64,000 nt of DNA from Laetmonice hystrix (lineage: Eukaryota): the NCBI GenBank assembly GCA_965235115.1, contig OZ249436.1, positions 38,318,001 to 38,382,000 on the forward strand, in the 5' to 3' direction. A model generated the notes under the pieces. The model made no database searches, was not told the origin of the DNA, and saw only the letters and a program-made list of their open reading frames with translations. Made by a program: the position numbers and the translations under genes. Numbering within the stretch: position 1 is the stretch's first letter; the number at the start of each line of letters is the position of its first letter. This document shows positions 38,501 to 51,100 of the stretch, one piece after another.

Positions 38501-39144
38501 TATGTAATATTTTATAGTCTGCAGGGATCGAGATGATACTCACGTTGTAAGGTTTCGATAATGCCGCCAAGGTGTCTTCAACGCCGTAGAAGGTGTATGT
38601 TTGAATGACGTCACTGCCTGCACGTACATAGTCCTTGTGGAGCTGCCGAACTAAATAAAAAGGAAGGGGCCTAGAATGCAACCTGTAACATACTGAATGC
38701 TTAGTGTACCTTTTAAAAACGTTTATAATTTGTGTAAGAATAATTTCAAGTGTAAACCTCTATATGCCACGCTGGTAAATTGACAGAAAGAATCCAGGGG
38801 CGACTCCAGGATTTTGGTAAGGGGGGGGGGGTACAGGGGAAGAAACTGGTTGCCAAGGGGTGCTTGAACCCCCTGAACCCCGTCTGGACCCGCCACGGAA
38901 GTTATTGAATGACCAAGAAGGTAACAGAACTACATGACCTTGAATGGCCGTACGTTACAGAGACAATCTCAGATTTAGCGATATATTTGAGTAAAACCAA
39001 ACCTGCATCTGGATACTCGAGGACAGCATCCGGAGTGAAGTGGCCTGCCTTCACGTAGCCGCGCTTTTCAAGAACGATGACGTAACTGCCATCTCCCACC
39101 ACAGGCCCCTCGGACAAACGGTCAAGGATACCTTTTGACGACAT
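35599..39144 (-). CDS. BHMT: Betaine-homocysteine S-methyltransferase family protein, copy b, 363 aa
   Basis: Exons 39144-39003, 38650-38544, 38330-38139, 37854-37707, 37484-37296, 37073-36943, 36189-36092, 35683-35599 (TGA). Exon lengths are identical to copy a (142, 107, 192, 148, 189, 131, 98, 85). GLNCQ and GGCCG Zn ligands intact. Confidence 0.93.
36567..36926. repeat. Minisatellite, 40-bp unit, 9 copies, in BHMT-b intron 6
   Basis: Unit ATCTAGATGTTTCCATGTAGACAAGGTACAAACTAAACGT, nearly identical copies. Confidence 0.97.
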
Positions 39145-39189
39145 CCTTGTCTACAAAGGAGGAGAAACAAGAAAAAGACGAGCAGTTTT

Positions 39190-39232
<43 letters not shown>

Positions 39233-42177
39233 GCAGAGAGGGAGGAGAGAGACATACAGGCCTAAAGCCCGGTCTACACAATAGGTTTTTTCATATAGGT
39301 CATGACCTAGGAAAACACAGCGTGTACATACCCCTGCCAGGATAACATTTTCTGAAGTCATCTGGTCCATAAGTTTTGTCCTACGGAATAGAACATGTTC
39401 TATTTTGCTAGGTCAAACCTACGGGTGATGTTATCTCTGACCTATCACTGCAAGTCTTTCTGGCATGTGACAGTGACATGTTATACTCGTCCACATCGCA
39501 AAGATGGCCTCTGAGGATAGTCAACCGACAGAAAGAGATGCCTGCTAATAGGCATAGGAAGACGAAGACTACAGAAGCAAACAGAATGTCCTTCTCTTCG
39601 TATTCTTCTTCCGCTTCCTTTTCAAAAACAGCAAAATAATACTAGCGGCCCCAGGGGCAATCTTTATGAGAGAAAAGATTCCCCAGCCCTCGATCCGCCT
39701 CTGTAGCTATAGCCTACGGATGGCGTAAAGGTGAGAATCATGTCTGGTAGGCATAACATGGACTGAAAGTGAAACTAGAAAGTCTCCGTCCACAAAAGAT
39801 AGAGCGTCCAAGGGATCGCGCAACCCTTGGGTGATCGCGCAACCCTTGGGTGTAGGCTTTACATTCTTAAACTGGCCAATAGAAAACGAAACTTATTATC
39901 TTGTCCGAAAGAGGCAGAGAGTTATGATACTAGACACTTACGACGGTCAACTCACCTAGTTCCTCGTTGTAGGCCTTCTTCTATATATTGGACACGTAGA
40001 ATGGAATAGAGAGCAGAAGTTACGGTAGGATGATCAGCTAAAAATAGGAGGCCAACATTGCGACAGGGTGCAATCGTGTGTCCGGGGGCCAAGACCTACG
40101 TGCCTAACGTAGCTCTTCTACCTGTATGAACTCGGTAAACCTCGCCGGGTTAAATGGTTTTTGCATGCTTGTTTGATGTCATTCTGCTCCTATTATTATT
40201 GTGACAGCACGTGGCACAGTCCCGTTGAGTCAGACCTCGACTTGTGATCACAGATAAAAACTAATATTGTACGGAAAAAGTAATATTGACCAGTCAATAT
40301 TACTTTTGCACTGCCGTCAAGTGTTTTCACCCCGCGTGCAAATACACTCGTGCGCAAGTTTATAGGCCTACCGTCCACATGTCTGACATAGCACCCTACA
40401 TGTAGTGGACGGTGGTGGGACCCAGTGGCGGATCCAGGATTTCAGAAAGGGGGGGGCATCTTTTGTTGGATAATCAGTGGCCCATTTTAGGGGGTCTGGG
40501 GCCCTCCCCAGAATTTTTTTTCAGGAACGTCAAAAACATGTTTTCTGAACATGTAGAGTAGAAATTCCTCCCAAATTCTTTAACGAAATTCCATTATTTT
40601 TAAGCATGAAACATTTTGGAACCCGCCAGGGGGGGGACCGCCTCTACCCATTTCATCCATCTCTCGATATGGCAGATAACGCCAGGATTATCCCTAACAC
40701 AGTAAGTAACTGTAAGATAGCCAAATTTTATACAAGGGAAATATAGTATAGTCAATTTTATAATGTTATTCCATATGCTGTGGTATCTATCACACTCTGC
40801 GAAATTTCTACAGCTGCACTCATTGCACTCACTCTCAGGCAGCCTACGTTTCCTACTGTGTATCTTTTATTATATTCGGTTCGGGTTTCCAGTCATAACT
40901 TCTGGGCAGAGATGGTGGTACTAGAATGAAAGATCTCTGTTCTGGCTACAGAAATAGTTGGTCCATATTATTTACAAATAATCATTCATGGTTTAGGTCT
41001 GTGGTCAACTATTTGCTCCACGTGGCAACTGAATGAATATAGCTAGGTTTAGGATCCTTTTATTTATCAGTGCACGTAGTAAACCATGCAACGCACCGGA
41101 TATGTACGGAGATCTAAAAATCACGGCAGAAATATTTCTCGCGGGATATAAACATGTTGATATGGAAATGTTGATACCTCTCGCGATAATGAAGTCACTG
41201 CTTCCCGCAAGTGTTTTAGCGCAATATTCTAATTCAGAAATTTGCAATAACGGGTAGCATTCTCGGCTTCCGTACATTTCCGCAGTGGTTTTCCATCATT
41301 ATACCTACATTTTTTCTCTCCCTATATTTGACTGTCCTGTGATCCTGCCAACTGTTCCACAGGATAGCTGACACTGTCGTGCCGACATTACCTCTAGAGG
41401 TTACTTTCATTCACATGGAATTTACTAAGTATCCGTTTGACATGTTATCGGCATCATGATGTCTATCAAAAAGAACCATGCCATGTCAGTATCACACAAG
41501 GTGACAAGCTGTTTTGGTGACAGCTGGCTAAAATGGTAAGCCTCATAAGAATTATCATGTAAAATGAACTCATAGACAAGGACCACGACCTTTGCTGTCA
41601 TCGCTTTGAATACAACACACTTCCGTTGCACTGTTAATGAAACATCCATTACAACAATGGTTAGTTTCAAGCCTTACCGCTAGGTGGCAGCACAATACAC
41701 AGCCATCCAAGGTGAGGGCAAGAAAAAAAAACACTGATGCGCGGCATCTGAAGTGACGCGCGCGCGGACTAGAAACTGGGATTTTCTCTTTTTTTTTGCC
41801 TTACTATTCAATTTTTTACTTTTGATACATTTTCTCTTGATGCAACCAGACAAGGCCGAGTGCGGTTGGGTACATGAACAAATATTGAAGAAAACGAAAC
41901 TAACGCAATAATGCTCGCAGCTAAACACTATACATGTACACCCAAAAACCGCAAGCAACGTTTTGCCACAGTGCACCACACAATTAATATCAAGCAGTGG
42001 GATTTCTTTTTTTAGAAAAAATGAGAAACACTTGATACGTGGTAACAAGAAACTTTTTTTACCATGGCCTAATAACCATAAAAAAGGCTAGTAAAACAAT
42101 TATTTGAATCCATGCTGGCAAACATTTACAATAATACAAGTTGTACCTCCTTTTCTCTCATGATATACACTAAGGCT

Positions 42178-42683
42178 AAACCTTGAATACTGACTGTGCA
42201 CTACGCCAATGACAAACCCTGAATACGGACTGTGCACTGTGCACTACGCCAATGCCAAACCCTGAATACGGACTGTACACTAGGCCAATGCTAACCCCTG
42301 AATACTGACTGTACACTACGCCAATACCAAACCCTGAATACTGACAACACTATACACCAATGCCAAACCCTGAATACTGACTGTAGGCCTACACTATGCC
42401 AATGCCAACCCTGAATACTGACTGTACACTACGCCAATGCCAAACCCTGAATACTGACTGTACACTACGCCAATGCCAACCCTGAATACTGACTGTACAC
42501 TACGCCAATGCCAAACCCTGAATATGTACACTACGCCAATGCCAACCCTGAATACTGACTGTACACTACGCCAATGCCAAACCCTGAATACTGACTGTAC
42601 ACTACGCCAATGCCAAACCCTAAATACTGACTGTACACTACGCCAATGACAAACCCTGAATACTGACTGTACACTACGCCAAT
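42178..42683. repeat. Minisatellite, 35-36-bp unit, ~14 copies, downstream of G6PC
   Basis: Unit AAACCCTGAATACTGACTGTACACTACGCCAATGCC. Confidence 0.96.
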
Positions 42684-43360
42684 CAGAAGTGGGGGTACCT
42701 AAGGGCAGCAGCTGAAGAAAGACCGATTCCCTCTCAACAGGATCTTTTTCACAGTTTCTTTTGATCCCTGTGCACGAACATCTATATCCATGAAAAAGAT
42801 AGACCAACAAACACAAAGTAAACATTTAATCGTCCATAAATATTTAATTTAATATGTCCATTATTATCAATAACTTATACACGTATGTATATTCATCGTT
42901 TAATTTAGATGGGCTTACCATCATCACCATCTGCAATATCTCTACAAATGCACATATGACTGACGGACATTCGCTTTGTGACTAGACATGACGAGGCAAG
43001 GTTGAGACATCAAACAGTAGCATTTATTACTGTAGGGATTCCTGCAAGCCTGTTTTCAGGAGGAGACCCCCTCCAACGTCCTTAATACTCCCACTAAAAA
43101 TGAACCGTCAACGAACTAGAGTTTAGAGACTGCATTTCCTACTGATATTCCATCATCTTCGATCTTTACCATATTCCATTTCTCGGTTTGATGGCTTGAT
43201 ATATAATTTAACCGGCTTAATAAATTCTCTGATAAAATATAGGTTTTGTATGAGGCGAAGTTTTGAACAACACTGTTCTTATGAGGAATTTTTAAACAGC
43301 CCAAGTCCAACAGGCCAATTTTGAATTGCTATTATACGATGGTTCATGCTATGTTTGCTT

Positions 43361-46256
43361 TCATGACATCTTTTTACTATATCTTCCTTCATTCTCCCGG
43401 ATATTTCCATGAAGCAGGGCAGCTAAAGTTCCAGGAATCAAGAATATGATAATGCTGTGTAGGCAGGCGTACTTTACGGCAGTCAGCACATAGAATGTCA
43501 GAGGCGAATGCTGTGGTATGTTAATATATTCACTTCCCTCGGTTACAATTAGACTCAATACAAGCCCAAGCCCTGACAGTGGCCATGCTCCTTCTAGATA
43601 TTCGTTTGGCTTGCTGTATTTTCTCTTACCATTCAGCATGGCCAGACCGAGTCCAGTACCTAGAAAAACATAACATTGTAGACAAAACATTTCAGAAAAG
43701 TTATGTAAAAAAAATCCATGAGAACCCCGCCCCCTCAAAAAATAAACACCCACAAAATACAAAACAAAACAAAACAAAAGGACTACATGGAAACAATTTT
43801 TTTCTTTGATAACTCGAAGCAAGACCACAAGGGGTTCATCAATTGCTAAGCAGTACCAGACCTTATCGCTTATCCTTGACGGTCCAAGGCAAACATTTTC
43901 TACTGACGTCTCATAGAACTGTGAAAGTGACTCAATTCATCCGTCACAGACAGAGTGTTTATCTGTCACACAGACGAACAGTTTGTTCATCTGTCACAGA
44001 GAATGAGTGCTGAGCGTTTCTTGACGTGACTTACCCAAGATGGCCGCCGTGTCTCTCACCACGGAGTTGTATGGTGTAGTGTTGAGGTGGACCCAGCCTG
44101 CCTCGCGACACCACTTGGAGGCCAAGGTCAGTGACCAGCTGGGGTCAAGGCCAGAGAGGGTCAGGCACACGTCAAAGGTCAAAGATGAGCCCATAATAAA
44201 GACGGAGGCCAGGACATAGTGACCGATTGTAAAGGTTTCAGTTGGAAACCGGTCACATACCAAAGACAGCAACACACCTGTGAATTAGAGTTTTTTAATG
44301 AAAATGGATAATATGTAATAGGAAGGGCGAATGAATCTTCTACAACATAATAAATGTTTTAAGGAGATCGGATTTTATCATCTTCGATTACTTCTACTTC
44401 CTTTGCTCATTAAATATGTCAATTATAATCATAACTTAGGAAAACGTGAGTTTATACATCACCTGCTAGAAAACCTGCTGCCACCTGGTGGGGGAAATGT
44501 GTAGCGATGAAACAACGTGACACGGCTATGGCAGCAATAAATGCTGTGAAGCAGGTCCACGCGATCAATGTGTAAATGAACCTACCAGAACAAAATTATG
44601 TGTCACTGTTCAGACACGTCATATTCATTGTTTAGATTCATTCCATACTCAAGACTGTCAAGAAAATCCTTTGCATGATAAAAAAGCGGCTATTTCAACA
44701 AATACAAAACAGAATATTTAAAGAACACTGTCCAAGTTAAAGCCATTAAAATGGTCAATTTACCTGTGGGAAGATTTTCTGAGTTTGTACTTGACTAGAG
44801 CGTTGACCATGGTATGCCACACCGCTGCCGTCACCATGGCATGACCAGAGGGGGAACCTACCAATCCATTACCATATCTCATCACAACATGGTAACTTTT
44901 ACTAACTAAACTTCATTTTTTTATTGGCAGGGGCCTTACCACCTATGATCGATATTTTTTAACCGACTTGATTGGATTTACAAAAAGTTGTTCATAAATG
45001 CCAGAAAAGACAAGAACTGGGACACCCATATTTAGATTTATATCTATTTCACCTTTTTAAATACTTACCTCCATGTACACGTACATGTTCTATTCACACA
45101 TGAATGTATTTTTTTCAAGCAGTCTTGTAGATGACGTAAGTTATTTATTGATAACATAAGAGAATGTGGTCATGCTATTGTGAACATCTCTGTGAACTCA
45201 CCTGGCCCAGTTTCACAGGTGAGTGGATACTGTAACACAGTTGGTGGTGTGTCCCCATACAGACTGGTCTCTCCAATCCACCAGTAGGGGCGCTGTCCAT
45301 GTAGTAACCTAATACAGCCAAGGGTCTGATAATCAGTAAATCATCTCCCATCAACCGAGCGTGAGAGCTGAACCCTGCCTCTGATCGACCCAACCCAATC
45401 ATACTAGCTATGAACCATCATTATTGTTAGCAGGCCTGCGCATACAGTAAACAAAAAATTCCGGTTAAGACTTGTCCCACAGTGGCGTACCCAGAAACTG
45501 GACCCAGGAGGGTGCTGGGAATAACCAACGTCGTAGGCGCTGCAAATTGGGAGGGGGCTGTGCCTGTGCCAGTGTGGGTGCACGCCAAAAAAATGGGCAA
45601 ATTGAGGGGTGTGCTTGAGCACCCCAAGCACCCCCCTCTGGGTACGCCACTGTCCCATGTGTCACTGATTACCTGCTACACAGAACATCAAGATGAATAT
45701 TATAAGTGTTTCCCTGTAGTAGTGATTACAAAATGTATGGCCCTTATCAATAGTTGTTAACAACATTATTATGAACCCACCATTTGGTCAGAGCATGACA
45801 CAACATAATGTAAATGTTTGAACAAGTCTCATTTTTCATCCTACCATTTTAACATGGCATTCAAGTATTCGGCCAGAGCTGCAACCCACACGACCTTGAG
45901 TCCAAGTGACGGTCTACAGACGAAAGCCAGTGGGAAGTAGATGAGGAAGGCATTGCGTGGATCACCCAGGTGACTGATCATCAACAGCCAGTCACTGACA
46001 CCCTGTAACATCAGACCAATACTTTCTTAATGAAAATATTCCCATTATGTACAGTCAGTCTATCAGTTTTGAATTTCGTACTGTAGACAATTTTTAGTGT
46101 TGTTATAAAATTCAAAGAATCTGATTTTACTCAGTAAATGGGTGATAATGTACCCATAGTTATCACAAAGATTTGATCAGTTATCAATGATCATACCTGT
46201 AGATGGCTCTGCAGCACTTGGATGATGGAGACCCCAGAGAGATGAAGCCATTCCAT
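43361..46256 (-). CDS. G6PC: Glucose-6-phosphatase catalytic subunit (PAP2 family), 359 aa
   Basis: Exons 46256-46197, 46002-45845, 45308-45202, 44857-44764, 44581-44463, 44277-44035, 43659-43361 (TGA); 1080 nt in frame. Motifs GDPRNAFLIYFP, KWLLHGQRPYWW, PLTCETGPGSPSGHAM, SRCFIATHFPHQV, LASKWC; C-terminal KKMS dilysine ER-retrieval signal. Confidence 0.95.
45480..45652. mobile_element. MITE with 5-bp TSD (hAT5-like), copy 2, in a G6PC intron
   Basis: Perfect TIRs CAGTGGCGTACCCAG / CTGGGTACGCCACTG; TSD TCCCA on both sides. Confidence 0.87.
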
Positions 46257-46375
46257 AACTTGGCTGAAACAAATTATGGTCAATGTGAATTTAAGAACCC
46301 CGGTACAATATTAGTTCGGGTAGGGACAGATCAAGGGGTGACGCCCCCCTCCCCCACACCATTTTAAGGAAAATT

Positions 46376-47345
46376 CACTGTAGTGTTTGCTAAAGCCAAC
46401 TACTACATGTAGGCAGCCCTCACTGTAGTGTTTACTCCATTATAATGCCAGCCACTACGTGTAGGCAGCCCTCACTGTAGTGTTTACTCCATTATAATGC
46501 CAGCCACTATGTGTAGGCAGCCCTCACTGTAGTGTTTGCTCTATTAAAGCCAGCCACTACGTGTAGGCAGCCCTCACTGTATAGTGTTTACTCCATTATA
46601 ATGCCAGCCACTACGTGTAGGCAGCCCTCACTGTAGTCTTTACTCCATTATAACGCCAGCCACTACTTGTAGACACCCCTCACTGTAGTGTTTGCTCCAT
46701 TATGACACCAACCACTACGTGTAGGCAGCCCTCACTGTAGTGTTTGCTAAAGCCAACCACTACGTGTAGGCAGCCCTCACTGTAGTGTTTACTCCATTAT
46801 AACGCCAGCCACTACTTGTAGACAACCCTCACTGTAGACGTGTAGTGTTTGCTCCATTATGACGCCAACCACTACGTGTAGGCAGCCCTTACTGTAGTGT
46901 TTGCTCCATTATGACGCCAGCCACTACATGTAGGCAGCCCTCACTGTAGTGTTTGCTCCAGTATAAAGATAGCCACTACATGTAGTGAGCCCTCACTGTA
47001 GTGTTTGCTCCATTATAAAGCCTGCCACTATGAGTAGGCTGCCTTCACTGTAGTGTTTGCTCCAGTATAGCGCCAGCCACTACATGTAGGCAGCCCTCAC
47101 TGTAGTGTTTGCTCCAGTATATAAAGCCAGCCACTACGTGGAGGCAGCCCTCACTGTAGACTTGTAGACGTGTTTATCCATTATAACGCCAGCCACTATA
47201 ATTATAATAGATTCTCGGGCCGACGTGAAGGCAGCCCTCACTTTAGTGTTTATCCATTATAACGCCAGCCACTACGTGTATGCAACCCTCACTGTAGTGT
47301 AGATCTAGTAGTGTTTGCTCCAGTTTAAAGCCAGCCACTGCGTGC
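46376..47345. repeat. Minisatellite, ~52-bp unit, ~18 copies, just upstream of the G6PC ATG exon
   Basis: Unit GCAGCCCTCACTGTAGTGTTTACTCCATTATAATGCCAGCCACTACGTGTAG with variants. Confidence 0.95.
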
Positions 47346-48165
47346 AGTAAGGCCAGCCACTCACGTTATCAGCCCTCACACTACAAGGTACAATACGTTC
47401 TTTGGTACACCACACGTGTAACACTAACAGCTATAAGTCGCTAAAGAATCCCAATGACACAGAGCTCTGCTGAAGTGATTCTGCTGTCTTTTTTTAGTTC
47501 TCTGTCACTTAATCTGCGCTCAAAGATTCACCTGCTGAGTGGAGCAGATAATTTTACCGTGGCCGGTCTGTGAACGGCTGATGCCAGGCGATAATCGGGT
47601 CTTTACCGGGACCGGTTCTTTCAAACCGACAGGGGGCGAACTCGTCTGTACGTTTCCTGTTTACCCTCAAGATGGCGCCACTTTCTCGCATTGCCATTGG
47701 TATTTCTTGGCCGGATAACACGCGCCGCGCTGACCTTCGCTGATGTAAAGCTTTTGCTGGGCCCTACCTGAAACTTTTTGTTCTGAAGCTTCCTGGAGAT
47801 TACAACTAGAGCTGCAGCCGAGCACATTTTGCGTTAGCTCTACCATTCATCTGCTTTCCATCACCGAATCCGCCACGGGATGTAACCAAAGCTGTCCACT
47901 TATGATCATGAATAAATCGTAACAATGACGCTGTAATCGAGGCCATGACAATCATGCATTGTTGCGTGCTTTGCGTGACAGTAATTGTTTATTATGACGT
48001 AACAATCAGAAAGGGATGCTTAGTTACATGGGCGTCAACATGGGCAAGGGACAGGAACAGTTAATTCCTAGCTTAATTTACTTACGAGTCGAGTAGGCTA
48101 TAACTTACCAATAACGTTGTTTCAACACGATATTTGGGAAAATGTGTAGAAATCACAGATGATAA

Positions 48166-51100
48166 ATGGTAAGTATAGGTTTATAGATAGACTATCTACA
48201 GAAATCGATCTAAGTTGATAATGATAGTACTTTTTGTGGGGTAGGCCTACGCGCAGGCCTATGAAGTGCCCTGCTCCCGTAGGATTTTTGTGCTAATTTC
48301 TTTTTCTTTACCGGGTGGATTTGGGTACAATAATTATCCGAAAATGTCCGGATCCGGACCCCCCTTGGCTTGGGGGGGGGGGAGCTGTCAGGGGCGTAGG
48401 AAGGCCATGGAAAGTGAAGGGGGGGGGGGGGGGCAAAGGAGTGACGAAGGCGCGAGGCATAGAGTCTAGTTGCGGGGGTCTGAAATTTCAGGCTATTTTG
48501 GGGACCTAGGCTATAGTGCATTTTAGAACACAAAATAAGGTATATGGCAGGGACGTTTAAGTTTTCCTGAGTAAACAGTGGGGGGGGGGAGAGACTCTGC
48601 CCCCTCCCCCTCAAATTGTGTGTGTGTGGGGGGGAGGGTCATGGCCCCCCTGACCCCCCTTTTTCTACGCCCCCCCTGTGCACCGACTGACCCTGCGCCC
48701 ATCTTCGCTAATTATGCACCTATTTTCACGATCTTAGGCTCGTTTTAGGGGCTATCGATGATGCTGAATCCATTTATGTAGGCACTTTCAAAGTAGCCGG
48801 AAGTGATTTACTAACTTCCGGCCACAGTTCAGGCCCGTACGCAAGCCAACTTTTGCAGGCCATGATCTTAAATGCAGGCGCGGACCGGGGGGGGGGGGGC
48901 TTTTTTAAAGAAGTGACAAAATTTATTGGTATGCTAGGACTAATTGCTTTGAGAAACTTCACAATTTCTATCTCCAGATGGCGGGCAATAAAGGTTTTTT
49001 TTTTTAGCCTTCTAAATTCAAAGATTTTCTGGGGAGGACCCCCAGTGCATGTTCGCCTGGCGCCTTCGGTCAGGTGGTTCGACCCCCCCCCCCCCTGGCA
49101 ACCATTTATTTTATTTTTCCCCCATAGAACATTCTGTATTGACCATGCTGACCATGCCCTCCCCCCCCCCCCCCCGAACCTTGTTCAGCCACCCCTGACA
49201 GGGATCGTGACAGATCATTACGGAGCCTTCCACGACTCATCAGGATTCACCAGGATGTGTAAAATCGTGATGACTCCATCAAAATCGGGACAGTGTGACA
49301 GGGGTTAAGTAAGACCGGTCGCAGATTTCCCCTTGTCTCTGCCCCCGCCCCCGCCCCTGCATGCCCCTGCCCAATATTCTGGTCCCGTCGCCTAGACGGC
49401 ATAATAGGGACCATTATCTGCAGAGGTCCCTTCCTTCATAAAAGAGAGCACCTAATTAGACCGATCTCGTCATAAATGATCGAGAATTTGTATATTAAAC
49501 CATAGCTGTAATTAATCTGTTGATGAAAAAAACAGTTTAGATAGGTCCTCTTTCTGTACGCAAGGCTAACGGCAATCCTCACTACGAGTCTATGACGAAG
49601 GATGACTTGTTGATTGGTGAGTTTTACTTTATATTATTATTATTATTAATATTATTATTATTAAACCATAATTTATAACGCTTCTCGTCATTAATTAATG
49701 TGATATATAACGGCCTCATTATAAGTAGGTAAACTTTATAACGATGAGGGGAAAAAATATTATGTTCACTTAGGCATGTGCCTATATGCTATGAATGAAC
49801 ACCGGCCAAAAATAACAATTCTCGGACTTCACTTCTAAAAATACCGCGGGAATTCATCACTGTGTCACTTTACCCTTTTCTTCAGTCGCAAATTGCATCG
49901 AACTAGTGGGAAAGGCAGACAGGAGGCCCCTCAGTCCAAAATCACAGGCTTCATGTCAGTATAGTTATGCTTAATATGGTAATTCTCGAACTGGTTAGGG
50001 GATACTGCATGACCATCTTGAGGTTATGTAGGTCCTACGCTACTCTTCATTTTGAATGTACACTCTATGTATAGGACGTGTTAATGCCCTTTGTGGTTCA
50101 TGCCTTCTCCAGCATTGGAATATGGGCCCTGGGCCTAATCTATTATGTTAAAGACCACATCCGTAGGCCTTATCTATGGAGGCCTAATTTAAACTTTGTC
50201 ACACAGATGTTCTGCGCGATATGGGAATCTGGTCGATTCTAGATTACAGGGTTCCCACAGGTTGGCTACTGAAATTTCAGGACTTCTCCATGACTTTTCC
50301 AGACCCAAACTCCAAAATTTCTTCATGACAAATTCCGGATAACATTAAGAAAATACATTAAAACCCCAGAATTGGTCCTTGAAAGTATACCTTAAAGGTG
50401 ATTGAATTCCATTCAAACCCAACCGTCGTTGCTATGGGGTTCTCGCGGCCATCATCGTAATCAAGGATTTTGATGATGTTCTGTCACCCTAGAGAACCAA
50501 CCTTGTTTATTTCTCTCGCTCCATGTGTAACCTGGTTGGTTACACGTAGAGAGGGATTCCCCAAATAATGTTTTGGGTCAGGGGCAATCCCAGTTTGGGT
50601 TGCGGGTAATATAGCAAGGTTTCGTTCTTAATGAATTAATTATGACAGAATTAATTATGACAGTACAAGGTATGTGACGATGTCTATGTTTAATGTTAGA
50701 TATAGAACAGCAACGATATGGGGATGACCTTTAGATCAAATCTACCCTCTGCTCCGCCAGCCCTGGAGGATGTGCATAGTGCAGCATCCTCAAGTCCGTT
50801 CGTGGGGGGTCCAGTAAAAAAAATATGCAGAAACTGAAACATGCAAAAACTGAAATGTGGTTCAAAGAAATTTCAAATTCCATGACTTTTCCATGACTCT
50901 CCCTCGTTTGTCTATTTTCCATGACTTTTCCAGACCTGGGAAACCAATTTCATTTTCCATGACTTTTCCAGACCTGGAAAACCAATTTCATTTTCCATGA
51001 CTTTTCGTGACCGTGGGAACCCTCTAGAATCGTCCTGGCCATTATTGGAATAGATTTAGGGGTAGGGTTAGGGTTAGCCTACTGACGGTATTTGCTGAAT

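Noticed and set aside
42394..42825. 143-aa ORF with WRSVQSVFRV repeats
   Set aside because: Translation of the 35-36-bp minisatellite, with frame-shifting units.
47621..47827. 68-aa minus-strand ORF as an upstream G6PC coding exon
   Set aside because: G6PC already starts with a family-typical N-terminus at 46256; this region looks like promoter or 5' UTR.
51056..51076. TTAGGG telomere-like repeats (also ~13320-13345)
   Set aside because: Only 2-3 imperfect units, lying inside transposon-like elements.
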